Positions 41,918-55,375 of a DNA stretch of 64,000 bases are shown here, in pieces. Each line of letters opens with the position of its first letter. Positions within the stretch are counted from its first letter, which is position 1. The position numbers and the translations under genes were made by a program. The notes under the pieces are model-generated. The model did not search any database, was not told where the DNA came from, and saw only the letters and a program-made list of their open reading frames with translations. Where the stretch lies: the NCBI RefSeq assembly GCF_009914755.1, contig NC_060929.1. The stretch is one strand, 5' to 3'. The stretch comes from the human T2T-CHM13v2.0 reference genome, Homo sapiens.

Positions 41918-42909
41918 ATGTCCCACACTCAAATCATCCTAAAATTTCAAGGCCTATCCTCTGAGTTCAATATCTGGTCCATTTGTGGTAGACTACCCAC
42001 CAGCACCATATAGGGGAAAGTGACACTAGACTTCTTTGGGACTATTAAAACTGAAGTTACCTTCTCATTTTCTCATAGGAGGGAGGAGAAAAATTCCCAC
42101 CCTATCCTCACAGCTGCCTAAGTGAATAACCACTCAATCAAAAATGGAATCTGGAGTAAAGAAGTTGTGAAACAAGGCAAACAGAAACGCTTTGCACCAA
42201 TCCCATGACCCAAAAGTGAGGGATTTTCTTCCTTCTCTTCTTCTGCAATGTTCCTTCATGAATAATATTTAGTTCAGTATTTTTCATCCTTATAGAAAAC
42301 TAGTGTTCACAGGTAATTTTACTGGAATTATGGCAGGTTAGGGTGCAAAATATACACATATTATAGAGGTACACATTTTCATATTCATCAGCTTTACTCA
42401 TTTTAAAGCTTTTGATTCTCTTCATTGCCCTTCCTGCTATAACTCGAAGTGGATCAGCCGTGAACTTTGGGTCATTCTAAATTTTATTGATTATCCCATT
42501 CTACCCAACCAAAAGGCAAAAGTATTTCTACCACATTACTTTGTCTTGAAGGTACAGAGTTCTTTCTCTTGGATAGCTATTGTTTTTACATCAAAAAGTA
42601 TTCTCCTTTAAGTATCTGAATGCTAATGTGTGTATGTATTCTGTACAGACATGCCGATACAAATGGTTCAATACAGCAAGATCCATAATAACAAGGGTAC
42701 TGAGTTCTATAGGAGACTGAAGATGAAGTAGTTCACTGAACTTGAAGGTAAAAGCCTATCCTAGGCCTCTGACCATAGAAAGTTCATCATAACTTCTTTG
42801 TCTGTGCTCTTAAAAATTTCTTCATCCCTTGTCTAAACTGGTTTTCTGTATCAACCCTTCCTCTAAAATCTTAATGAGTGACTTCTTATAAAAAAAAGTC
42901 AGTTCCACG

Positions 42910-45218
42910 TGTGTATTAGTCCATTCTCACACTGCTATAAAGAACTGAGACTGGGTAATTTATGAAGAAAAGAAGTTTAATCGACTCACAGTTCTACAGG
43001 CTGTACAGGAAGCATGACTCAGAGATCTCAAGAAACTTAAAATCACGGCAGAAGGGTGAAGGGGAAGCAAGCAGATATTCATATAGTGGCAGGAGTGAGT
43101 GAGAGAAGGAAGAAGTGCTACACACTTTCAAACAACCAGACCTTGTGAGAACTCACTGTTATGAGAACAGCAAGGAGGAAATCCACCCCCATGATTCAAT
43201 CACCTCCCACCAGTTGCCCCCCATCTCCAAACACTGAGAATTACAATCTGACATGAGATTTGGGTGGGGACACAGAGCCAAACCATATCACTGGCTCCTC
43301 CCAAATCTCATATCTTTCTCACATTTCAAAAGACAGTCATGCCTTCTCAACAGTTCCCCCAAATCTTACCTGATTCCAGCATTAACTCAAAAGTCCAAAT
43401 CCAAAGTCTCATCTGAGACAAAGCTAGTCCCTTCTGCCTATGAGCCTGTAAAATAAAAAGTTAGTTACTTCCAAGATACAGTGGGGGTACAGGCATTGGG
43501 TAAATACTCCTGTTCCAAATGGGAGAAGTTGGCCAAAACAAAGGGGCTTGGACCCTGTGGAAATCCAAAACCCAGCAGGTCAGTCCTTAAGTCTTAAATC
43601 TCTTTTGACTTCAGGTATTACATCCAGGCCTCACAGGGCCTTGGGCAGCTCTGCCCTTGTGGCTCTGCAGTGTACAGCCCCCATGGCTGCTTTCACGGGC
43701 TGGCATTGAGTGCCTGCGGCTTTTCCAGGTACATGATGCAAGCTAGCAGTGAATCTACCATCTCTGGGGTCTGGATAAATTGGCCCTCTTCTTACAGCTC
43801 CACTAGGCAGTGTCCCAGTGGGGACTCTGTGTGGGGCCCCAACACCAACATTTCCTCTCTGCACTGCACTAGTAGAGGTTCTTCATGATGCCTCTACCCC
43901 TGCAGCGTACTTCTTCCTGGACATCCAGGCATTTCTATACATCCTTTGAAATCTAGATGGAAACTCCCAAACCTCAACTCTTGCTTTCTGCATACCTGTA
44001 GGCCCAACACCACATGAAAGCCACCAAAGCTTGGGGCTTGCTCCCTCTGAAGCAATGTCCTGAGCTGTACCTTGGCCCCATTTAGCCATGGCTGGAACTG
44101 GAATGGCTGGGATGCAGGATGCCATGTCCCAAGGTTGCACACAGCAGCAGGGCCCTGGCCCTGGCATGTGAAACCATTTTTCCCTCCTAGGTCTCCAGGC
44201 CTGTGATGGAAGGGGCTGCCACTAGGGCCCTGAAGGCACTTTCCTCATTATCTTGGCTATTAACATTTGGCTCTACTTATGCAAGTTTCTGCAGCCTTGA
44301 ATTCCTCTCCAGAAAATGGGTTTTTTCTTTTCTACTGAATGATCAGGCTGCACATTTTCCAAACTTGTATGCCTTACTTCCCTTTTAAATATAAGTTTTA
44401 GTTTCAGGTCATTTCTTTGTTTATGCAAATGAACATAGGCTTTTAGAAGTAGCAAGGCCATATCTTGAATGCTTTGCTCCTTAGAAATTTCTTCCAATTG
44501 ACACCCTAAATCGTCTCTCTCAAGTTCAAATTTCCACACATCTCTAGAGCAGGGACACAGTGTCACCAGTCTCTTTGCTAAAGCAGAGCAGGAGTAATCC
44601 TACTTCAGTTCTTAATAAGTTCCTCAGCTCCATCTGAGACCACCTCAGCCTGAACTTCATTGTCCATATCACTATCAGCATTTTGGTTGCAGCAATTTAA
44701 CAAGTCCTCAGGAAGTTTCAAACTTTCCCTCATCTACCTGTCTTCTGAGCCCTCCAAACTGTTCAAACCTCTGAGTTACCCCGTTCCAAAGCTGCTTCCA
44801 CATTTTCAGGTATCTTTATAGCGATGCCCCACTTATTTGGTACAATTTTCTGTATTAGTTCATTTTCACACTGTTATAAAGGACTACCTGAGACTGGGTG
44901 AATTATGAAGAAAAGCGGTTTAATTGACTCACAGTTCTGCAGGCTTTACATGAAGCATTGCTGGGAGGCCTCAGGAAACTTACAATTATGGTGGAAGGGC
45001 AAAGAGAAAGCAAGCACGTCTTCACATGGCAGAGTGGGAGAGACAGAGAGAGTGAAGGGGGAAGTGCTACACACTTTCAAACAACCAGATATCATGAGAA
45101 CAGCAAAGGGGAAATCTGCCTCCATGATCTAATCACCTCCCACAAGGTTCCTCCTCTAACAGTGGGGACTACAATTTGATATGAGATTTGGGTGGGGACA
45201 CAGAGCCAAACTACATCA
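42910..45218 (-). mobile_element. Complete MSTA provirus (LTR 42910-43289, internal ~43290-44850, LTR 44851-45218)
   Basis: Two TGTATTAGT...ATCA LTRs flanking a MaLR internal region. ORF remnants on the minus strand (FELERDDL..EEISKEQSIQD). TSD CCACG/CCATG. Confidence 0.92.
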
Positions 45219-45372
45219 CCATGCCTCAACTATCCCTCTACTCTCTGTCCCTAACCATTTGCTTCACCGTGTAAAAATACTGACTATTAGATCACAGACT
45301 TTCAGGAAATCACTATTTAGGCATATATTTCTAAGACATCCCCTCTTTACAGAGGAACACCAAATAGGGTAC

Positions 45373-45734
45373 TGATGTGTTCTGACTGTGTCCCCACCCA
45401 AATCTTACCTTGAATTGTAGCTCCCATAATTCTCATGTGTCACAGGATGGACCCAGTGGGAGGTAATTGAATCATGGGGTGGGTCTTTCCATGTTGTTTT
45501 TGAGATGGTGAATAAATCTCATGAGATCTGATAGTTTTATATAGGGCAGTTCACCTACACAAGCTCACTTGCCTGCCACCATGTAAGGCATGACTTTGCT
45601 CCTCATTTGCCTTCAGCCATGATTGTGAGACCTCCCCAGCCATGTGGAACTGCGAGTCAATTAAACATCTTTCCTTTATAAAGTACCCAGTCTTAGGTAT
45701 GTCTTTATTAGCAGCATGAGAACAGACGAATACA
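45373..45734 (+). mobile_element. THE1 (THE1C-like) solo LTR
   Basis: TGATGTGTTCTGACTGTGTCCCCACCCAAATC...GAACAGACGAATACA, perfect TSD GGTAC. Confidence 0.93.
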
Positions 45735-45909
45735 GGTACAAACACACCTGTAACTACTACTGTTTCATTATTCAGACTCCAGTCATATTTTTTATTTTAT
45801 TAGAAATATTTTTGAAGGGGTAAAAGGATTTACCACATTATTGGTGAGACAATATTAATCTGGGATTTTGAACTGTGTCAGGGTTTCTTAAAGCTGATGT
45901 TCTTTTTTA

Positions 45910-46265
45910 TAGTTCCATCAAGTTGGTTGAAGATGTGGAGTGAAAGATTATTAAAATATTCATAATCAAAGCTTGGAGAGATAATGGAAATATTTGAGGA
46001 CAAAATTAAGATTTCAAGATGAATGATGGCTAGAAATAATCAAATGTAAGTATAATGAAAATATAAGTAAATACTGAACTTGAGTTCAAAAAGTCAGCTG
46101 TGGAAATACAGGTTAGGGCAACATCTGACATTATAGTGAGTGTTTAATATTAATCAATAAAGCAAAACAAGAAGCAGTAAAAGCTATAGTGTTACATTTT
46201 GGCCAACAATGTGATGTGGTTTCTAACATAGCTAATGCGCTCTTATCCTGTATAATCTTATTAAG
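45910..46265 (+). mobile_element. CR1/L3 LINE fragment
   Basis: AAAGCTTGGAGAGATAATG...GAGGACAAAATTAAGATTTCAA...CAACAATGTGATGTGG...GCTAATGCGCTCTTA resembles L3 ORF2. Confidence 0.55.
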
Positions 46266-46578
46266 AGAATAAAGCATTATATATAAATATAGGTGTAGTC
46301 ATATAAATAATAGTCATTATTTAACTGAGTTGATATGAGTGTTAAGTGAAGCATAGGAGGCCACACATATAATAATTAAATTTGTTAGTATATGGCACTT
46401 AATAAATATTTTTTAATTAAACCCTTGTTTTAAAAATTGGAAATAACAATTGCAATATATAAAATAAATTAATGTCAGAGATATATGGAACTCCTAAAAA
46501 AGTAAGAATAATAATAGTAACAATAACAATATTACTGGTATACTTGTGTAGCAAATTACAGCTTACACTATATGTATT

Positions 46579-46621
46579 ATCTATCTATCTATCTATGTAT
46601 CTATCTATGTATCTATCTATG

Positions 46622-46673
<52 letters not shown>

Positions 46674-46677
46674 CATC
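46579..46677. repeat. Compound (TATC)n/(TATG) tetranucleotide STR
   Basis: About 25 TATC-type units with three TATG interruptions. Confidence 0.97.
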
Positions 46678-47069
46678 TATATTAGTCTGTTTTCACATTG
46701 CTATAAAGAACTACCTGAGACAGTAATTTATAAAGAAAAGAGGTTAAATTTACTCACAGTTCCACAGGCTCTACAGGAGGCATGGCTGGGAAGCCTCAGA
46801 AAACTCAGGAAACTTAACAATCATGGCAGAAGGACGAAGGGGAAGCAAAGACATCTTCACATGGCAGAGTGGGAGAGAGAGAGTGAAGGCGGAAGTGCTA
46901 CACACTTTCAAACAACCAGATCTCATGAGTACTCACTCACTATTATGAGAACAGCAAGGGGGATATTCACCCCCATGATCCGATCAACACCCACCAGATC
47001 CTTCCCTCGACATTGGGAATTACAATTCAACATGAGATTTGGGTGGTGACATAGAACCATACCATATCA
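46678..47069 (-). mobile_element. MSTA solo LTR
   Basis: TATTAGTCTGTTTTCACATTGCTATAAAGAACTACCTGAGAC...CCATACCATATCA. Confidence 0.9.
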
Positions 47070-47880
47070 CTATCTATCTATTGATTTGCATACTTAATTT
47101 TAATCAGGTCCTCATAACCCCATAAGTAATATAGGAATTATTTCATTCTGTAAGTGTAAATGTAAACTCAGAGAGACAAAATGATTTATTTTGACTTCAT
47201 GTCTAGTGGTCATCAAGGACCCAAATGTGTTTTTCTAGGAGCATTGTTCTGGATGAATCAAAGCAGCATCCAGATAAGAAGTGGACTGATTTGATATTCT
47301 GTGTTGAATGTATGTATGTTTTAGTGGGGAAGTATACTATACAATGTAAAATAATATGTTAGAGTATGTCATATTTATATAAATAATTTATATAAATAAT
47401 ACAGCATAATGTAATAAAGTTAGAGATTTGGTTAGACTTAATTTTATTTATTCTGAGAGGAATATTGAAAAGCTAAAATTAATCAAAACTAAGTATAGAA
47501 AGTATGCTAACATTCTAAAAACCATGTTCAAAGAAAAATTACCTATAATAAATAGATAAATGCTTTATTAAAGAGCAAGCTCTGATGGCATAGAGGCCAT
47601 TTTTGTTTTATTCAAAAATGGTTCTTGCTACAGGGTAGAAGTTGAATAGTTATTTGCTTAATGAATTAATTTATGAATGAATGAATGTTTAGACATATGT
47701 CTGTCAGTATTTATTTGAAGAAAGACATTTGATTTATTTCAAAAGGCAATAGTAGAAATCAGAACTGGATGTTACATTGAGACAAATTTAGCTATATTAA
47801 TATGAGGAAAAAATGTCCCATGGTAAGTGGTTTTTTGAGGCTTCTTGAGTATTTGGGATTATTCTACTGCAAGAAGCATC

Positions 47881-49752
47881 TTTTGCCATGCAAAAGCTCT
47901 AATTTAGTCCCAGCTATTTATCTTTGTTTTTATTGCATTTGCTTTTGGGTTCTTGGTCATGAATTCCTTGCCTAAGCCACTACCTAGGAGGGCTTATCCA
48001 ATGTTATCTTCTAGAATTTTTATAGTTTCAGGTTTTAAATTTAAGTCCTTCTTCCATCTTGAGTTGATTTTTGTATTAGGTGAGAGACGAGGATCGAGTT
48101 TCACTCTCCTACATGTGGCTTGCCAGTTATCCCAGCACCATTTGTTGAACAGGGTGTCCTTTCCCCACTTTATGTTTTTTTTTTGCTTTGTTGAGGATAA
48201 GTTGGCTGTAATTATTTGGGTTTATTTCTGGGTTCTCTATTCTGTTCCATTGGTCTATGTGCCTGTTTTATACCAGTAGCATGCTGTTTTGGTGACTATG
48301 GCCTTATAATATAGTTTGAAATAAGGTGATGTGATGCCACCAGATTTGTTCTTTTTGCTTAGTCTTCCATTGGCTATGAGGGCTCTTTTTTGGGTGCATA
48401 TGAATTTTAGGATTGTTTTTTCTAGTTCTGTGAAGAATGATGGTGGTATTTTGATGGGAATTGCATTGAATTTGTAGATTGCTTTTGGCAATATGCTCAT
48501 TTTCACAATATTGATTTTACCCATCCATGAGCATGAGATGTGTTTCCATTTGTTTGTGTTGTCTGTGATTTCTTGTAGCAGTGTTTTGTAGTTTTCCTTG
48601 TAGAGGTGTTTCACCTCTTTGGTTAGGTATATTCCTAAGTTGTGTTTTTTCAGCTATTGTAAAATGGGTTGGGTTGTTGACTTGATTCTCAGCTTGGTCA
48701 CTGGTGGTGTATAGAAGAGCTACTAATTTGCATACATTAATTTTGTATCCAGAAACTTTGTTGTATTCTACAGTCAGCAGAGTGAACAGACAGCCCACAG
48801 AGTGGGAGAAAATCTTCATAATCTATATATCTGACAAAGGACTAATATCCAGAATCTACACAAACTCAAACAAATTAGCAAGAAAAAACAAACAACCCCA
48901 TCAAAAAGTGTGCTAAGGACATGAATACACAATTCTCAAAAGAAGATATACAAATGGCCAACAAACATATAAAGAAATGCATCATCACGAGTGATCAGGG
49001 AAATGCAAATGAAAACCACAATGTAATCCAACCTTACAGCTGCAAGAATAGCCATCATCAAAAAATACAAAAATAGCAGATGTTGGCATGGATGCGGTGA
49101 ACAGGGAACACTTCTACACTGCTGGTGGGAATGTAAACTAGTACAACCACTATGGAAAACAGTGTGGAAAGCCCTTAAAGAGCTAAAATTAGAACTACCA
49201 TTTGATCCTGCAATCCCACTACTGGCTATCTACGCAGAGGAAAAGTCATTATACGAAAAAGGTACTTGCACATTCCTGTTTATAGTAGCACGATTCACAG
49301 TTGCAAAAACGTGGAACCAACCCAAATGCCCATCAATCAACGAATGGATAAAGAAACTGTGGTATACATATGTAATGGAATACTACTCAGCCATAAAAAG
49401 AATGCATTAATGGCATTCACAGTGACCTGGATGAGACTGGAGAGTATTATTCTAAGTGAAGTAACTCAGGAATGGAAAAGCAAACATTGTATTTTCTCAC
49501 TCATAAGTGGGAGCTAAGCTATAAGGATGCAAAAGCATGAGAATGACACAATGGACTTTGAGGATCGGGGGAAAAGGCGGGAAGGATGTGAGGGACAAAA
49601 GGCTACAAATTGGATGCAATGTATACTGCTTGGGTGGTGGGTGCACCAAAATTTCACAAATCACCACTAAAGAATTTACTTATGTAACCAACCACCACCT
49701 GTTCCCCTATAACCTATGGAAATAAAAATAAAAATAAATATTTTTTTAAAAA
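47881..49752 (+). mobile_element. L1PB1 with twin-priming 5' inversion (47881-~48768 minus, ~48770-49752 plus)
   Basis: Inverted ORF2 segment abuts the sense 3' segment, and the two pieces are nearly contiguous in L1 coordinates. L1PB1 3'UTR GGGTGCACCAAAATTTCACAAATCACCACTAAAGAA. Degenerate TSD AAGAAGCATCTT / AAGAAGAGTCTT. Confidence 0.92.
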
Positions 49753-51871
49753 AGAAGAGTCTTGTATAAAGTTATGTATTTCAATTTAATTATCAAAAGC
49801 TGTTTAGCTAATAGCAGAATACTTTACAGGTAAAATATATGCCATAGACATCTGATATTATTCTGTGAAAAATTGGATGATTACCAATATTCTTAAAATA
49901 ATTTCCATGACTTGAAGTGAAAACCTAAACAATGGATTCTGTTCTTGAGCTGAAATACAGTATATGCTACTTCAGGAATAGGGAAGAGTTGACTAGAATT
50001 AGAAATTAGTGAGCATAGGTAATTCTAAAAAATCTCTGGATTAAAAAATATCATATTATTTATTATGTAGGTATGATTTTTTTTTTAATGTCAAGTAAGC
50101 AAAAGGAAAAAAGATCCATACGAAGATGCAAGCTTCAGATTTGGATCAGAGAGTAACAGTAATGATGGATAACATGCATAGTAGACTCTGCTTTCTGGGA
50201 GAAAAAATGTTTTGATGACATACCAATAGTTGTTGAACTTCATTTTCACATTTTTCTTGTTTGTGGGTAAAACCCATTGAAGTCTTGAATATATCTGGAA
50301 TTTGTGTATGGAATAATCTTAGTGGAGCCTAATTCCATCTTTCACAAAACTAAATTCAGCAAATAGCAACATGCCTTAGAAATTGAAGGGATAGTCAATT
50401 CCAAATGTGTTCCCTGGGTAGTCACCAAAAGGACACATTTTTTGGCCTGTTTTTTTTCTTTGATGATTGGTTCATTTCTTTAAATATATAGCAAACCAAA
50501 CTGATTTTGTTTAGAGTTAATCTCATTATTCAAATCATTCATTGAGGACAAATCTGTACAATGCAAATTAAACAGTAATGTGAAACTTAAGATAAACAAT
50601 ACTTACACTGACAGATATATACATTTTTAAATTTTTGAACAATCTAAAAAATGTAATTATTGAATAGCAATAATTTGTGTGTAAAACATGCTGAGAGAGT
50701 TAATTTTATGAAGTAATAAAAACTTTTATTTTATTTTTATTTATTGTGGGAATGCTGATGTAATATTTTTTTGGCAGGGTAGAAAAGCTATAGACTTATT
50801 TTCCTGGAACATATTACAAAAACTTAGAAATAATTTTTTTGATCGAATGAGTGAAACTCAGGGTTCAAGGCAGTTTAAAGATTTGTGGTGGGTATATTTT
50901 ATATAATAAATAAAATACCTGCCAAAAAGTATCATATTAAACATAAAATGGGACGAAAACACTTTTGAAAAAAGTCAAGTGAAAGCCTATAGTATTATAG
51001 TATATATTTCTCACTAGTATTTACTGAAACTAATGTATTACATAATCATTGCTTCAATATTTATGAGTAGTTGAAGGCTCAGCTTGCCACTGAATGGAGA
51101 AATTCTGAACTTTCTATTTAGCACATGTTTCAGAAAAAACACATATTTCCCTATTGCTTATTTTGATAGACAAAGAAAGGCTGTCCGAGGCTGTACAGAA
51201 GCAACAAAACAAAACTCATAGCTATAATTTCTAGAGAATTGTTGTGTCTTAAGAGAAGAAACAAATAAATGACCCCCTTTCTGGCTAGTTGTATGATAGC
51301 ATGGTAATCTTTTCACTAGTTTTTCCATCTAAAGAATGGATATATCACAAATATCATCTTTCTATGCATAGATGAAAATAATTTATAGGATATTTTAGAG
51401 TGCTCTGTAAGCACATGATGTTCTACAAATGCTCAATAATTAAGAGAATGGCTCATTTTAAAATATAAATCAAGTATGCTAGGGGAGGAAGAATTCCAGG
51501 AAAGAAACCAGGCAAAATGCCACCACATCAGAGTTCTTGGCAGGTGTTTCAGCAGCAGCAAGGCATGGTACTTTCTTTATTATATCTTCTACGAGGTATG
51601 ATGGGCTTCATCCATCGGACATGAAGCAGACTCCAGATTACTCTTTAGAGGTCTCAGACCTTGCCCAACGACAAGATCTCTGACTGAAAAGAAGTATTAC
51701 ACATCTAATCAGTGTAAGCTTTGCTGGAACTAGGGTGGTAGTTTTCACAAAGCTTTCAGGTTAGTAGGGAGGGCAGGCAGTTAAATACGTCTTAATGATA
51801 CCTTGCAAAGAATGGACAGATGGTCAGGAAAGCCATTTTAGCTCATCCTGGTTGGAGGTGGGGTTTATCAC

Positions 51872-54145
51872 GGTATTAGTCTATTTTCACACTGCTGATA
51901 AAGACATACCCAAGACTGGACAACTTACAAAAGAAAGAGGTTTAATGGGACTTACAGTTCCATGTGGCTGGGGAAGATTCACAATCATGGCAGAAGGCAA
52001 GGAGGAGCAAGTCACATCTTACAAGAATGGCAGCAAGCAAAAAGAGATCGTGGAGGAAAACTGCCCCTTACAATAAACATCAGATCTTGTGAAACTTACT
52101 ATCATGAGAATAGCAAGGGAAAGACCTGCCCCTATGATTCAATTACCTCCCACATGGTCCCTCCCACAACATGTGGGAATTCAAGATGAGATTTGGGTAG
52201 GGACATAGCCAAACCATATAATTCTGCACATGGCCTCTTCCAAATCTCATGTTCTCACATTTCAAAACAAATCATGCCTTCCCAAGAGTCCCCCAAAGTC
52301 TTAACTCATTTCAGTATTAACTCAAAAGTCCACAGTCCAAAGTCTCATTGAGACAAGGCAAGTCTTTTCTGCCTATGAGCCTGTAAATTAAAAAAAAAAA
52401 AGAGCTAATTACTTCCTAGATACAAAGAGGGTATAGGTATTGAGTAAACACAGCTGTTCCAAATGGGAGAAACTGGCCAAAATAAAGGGGCAACAGGCCC
52501 CATGCAAGTCCAAAATCCAGTGAGGCAGTCAAATCTTAAAGCTCCAAAATGATCTCCTTTGACTCCATGTCTCACACTGATGCAAGAGGTGGATTCCCAT
52601 GGTCTTGGGCAGCTCCACCCCTGTGGCTTTGCAGGGTATAGCCTCCCTCTTGGATGCTTTAACAGGCTCACATTGTCTGTGGCTTTTCCAGGCACATGTT
52701 ACAAGCTCACAGTGGATCTACCATTGACCTGTCGGAGGTCTGGAGGATGGTGGCCCTCTCCTCACAGCTCCACTAGGTGCTGCCCCAGTAGGGACTCTGT
52801 CTGTGGGCTCCAACCCCACATTTCCCTTCTGCACTTCCCTAGCAGAAGTTCTCCATGACGGCCCTGGTCCTGCAGGAAACTTTTGCCTGGGCATCCAGAT
52901 GTTTCTATACATCTTCTGAAATCTAGGTGGAGGTTCCCAAACCTCAGTTCTTGACTTATGTGCACCCACAGGCTCAGCACCATGTGGAAGCTGCCAAGGC
53001 TTGGGGCTCCCATCCTCTGAAGCAACAGCCCAAGTTGTACCTTGACCCCTTTTAGTCACGGCTGGAGTGGCTTGGGCACAGGCACCAAGTCCCTGGACTG
53101 CATACAGCAAGGGAACTCTGGGCCCAGCCCAGGAAACCATTTTCTCCTAGACCTCTGGGCCTGTGATGGGAGGGGCTGCCATGAAGACCTCTGACATGCC
53201 CTGGAGACATTCTCCCCATTGTCTTGGGGAATAACATTTGGCTCCTTGTTACTTATGCAAACTTCTGCAGCCAGCTTGAATTTCTTCTGAGAAAATAGGT
53301 TTTTCTTTTCTATCACATTGTTAGGCTGCAAATTTTCTGAACTTTCATGCTCTGATTCCCTTATAAAACCGAATGCCTTTAACAGCACCCAAGTCACATA
53401 TTGAATGCTTTGCTGCTAAGAAATTTCTTCCACCAGATACCCTAAATCATCTCTCTCAAGTTCAAAGTTCCACAAATCTCTAGGATAGGGGCAAAATGCC
53501 ACCAGTCTGTTTGCTAAACCATAACAAGAGTCACCTTTGTTCCCGTTCCCAACAAGTTCCTTATCTGCATCTGAGACTACCTCAGCCTGGACTGTTATTG
53601 TCCATATCACTATCACGCTTTTGGTCAAAGCCATTCAACAAGTCTCTAGGAAGTTCCAAGCTTCCTCACATTTTCCTGTCCTCTTATGAGCCCTCCAAAC
53701 TGTCTCAACCTCTGCTGTTATCCAGTTCTAAAGTCACTTCCACATTTTTGGGTATCTTTTCAGCAGCCTCCACTCTACTGGTACCAACTTGCTGTATTAA
53801 TTCATTTTCATGCTGCTGATGAAGACATACCCAAGACTGGCAATTTACATAAGAAAGAGGTTTAATTGGACTTACAGTTCCACGTGGCTGGGGAAGTCTC
53901 ACAATCATGGTGGGAGGCAAAGAGGAGCAAGTTACATCTTACATAGATGACAGCAAGCCAAAACTGCTTGTGCAGGAAAACTCCCAATTATAATAACCAT
54001 CAGATCTCATGAGTCTTACTCACTATCATGATAACAGCATGGGAAAGACCTGCCCCCATGATTCAATTTCCTCCCACCAGGTTCCTCCCACAACATGTGG
54101 GAATTCAAGATGAGATTTAGGTGGGGACACAGCCAAACTATATCA
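51872..54145 (-). mobile_element. Complete THE1 (A/B) provirus (LTR 51872-52220, internal, LTR 53793-54145)
   Basis: Two LTRs GTATTA...GCTGATAAAGACATACCCAAGACTGG...CCAAAC.ATAT. Internal ORF remnants (QAEVVSDADKELVGN...RDLWNFELERDDLGYLVEEIS). Confidence 0.95.
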
Positions 54146-55084
54146 GTCAGAAATACCTTTCCAGGGAAATGCTTTATGCCTAGCTCTTGGCTACTGGGTT
54201 TAAGTTAGTGCTAGGAAAGGGTCATAATCCCCAAAGAGGTAATATGTGTCCAAAAAATTCCTAATAGGATTATTTCAGAATTTTCATTTATTCTACTTAT
54301 ATCATTTGCTGACTTCTCCATCTAATCTATATTTTATCATGTGTCATTCATCCTTCCTTGCCTCTTAAATTTCAAAGTTGCCTCATTGCCTAATAAACTC
54401 CTGAATTTAGCTTCCAAGGTTCTCCACAATCTCATACCAACTCATAAATCTTAAAATTCAATAAAAGGAAAGCACACCTAGACATTGTAGTTTTTTAGCT
54501 TTTGTGTATATGAGTTTTGGTCTTCACCTATCTTTGCCAATAAAAATAATTTAAGACATAACTAAAATCCCATTTTCTTCAATAAGTTGTCTGATTCCAC
54601 TCCTTGGGAAAAGCACTTACTTTCAAGAACTAAGAGGTTTTTTGTTTGTTTGTTTATAATGTTAATTTGGCCCTTACCTTGAATATATTTCCTGAGAAGG
54701 TTTCACTGACAGAATATATTTAATGTATAAAATTATTTAAAGAAAATAAGACTGCTTGAAAAATAAGTGAAAAAGTTATTTCATGTGCCACAATTACATT
54801 TTGAGCTCATTAGTGTTGATGGTACAAAATTCAAACATATACTTTAACTCTGCTCTGTCTCAAAAATTAACTAACTCATTTTGAAGAATATAATGTACCT
54901 ATTTAATAGTATGGAAGTTTTATAACAGTTCTGTTTCAAAAAAGATAAAAGTTATGCTTTATGAAACTATATTTTTCTGTACATTTATTTTTGGCTCCCC
55001 AATTAAATTTTAATAAGCCCTGTGAAATAAGGACCTTTCTTCTTACTTCTCTTTCTTCCTCCTCTTTTTCCTTAGCTTTTTCCC

Positions 55085-55188
55085 TTTTCCTTCCTTCTTT
55101 CCTTTTCCTTCCTTCCTTCCTTCCTTCCTTCCTTCCTTCCTTCCTTCCTTCCTCCCTTCCTTCCTTCCTTCCTTCCTTCCTCCCTTCC
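55085..55188. repeat. (CTTC)n polypyrimidine microsatellite
   Basis: CCTTCCTTCCTT... about 100 bp. Confidence 0.95.
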
Positions 55189-55375
55189 CATGTTTATTCA
55201 GTAAATATGTTTAAACTACAGATTCATTTAGGGAGCATTTGGATGCCAGAAAGAGGCTGGTTTAAATTAAGGAGTCTAAGGAAAAGAACTACGAGGGCAT
55301 GTCACGGAACCCAAGGGGAGGAAATACATCTAGATTTCAAGAGGTGCTAGAATTAGAAACTGGAAAATAGTTACT

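Noticed and set aside
52405-53920. Cluster of ORFs of 60-140 aa (also 43631-44566)
   Set aside because: Frameshifted remnants of the MaLR internal ORF in the THE1 and MSTA proviruses, not host genes.
54961-55350. 129-aa ORF with (LPSF)n, and the 84-aa ORF at 46472-46726 with (YLSI)n
   Set aside because: Translations of the (CTTC)n and (TATC)n microsatellites.
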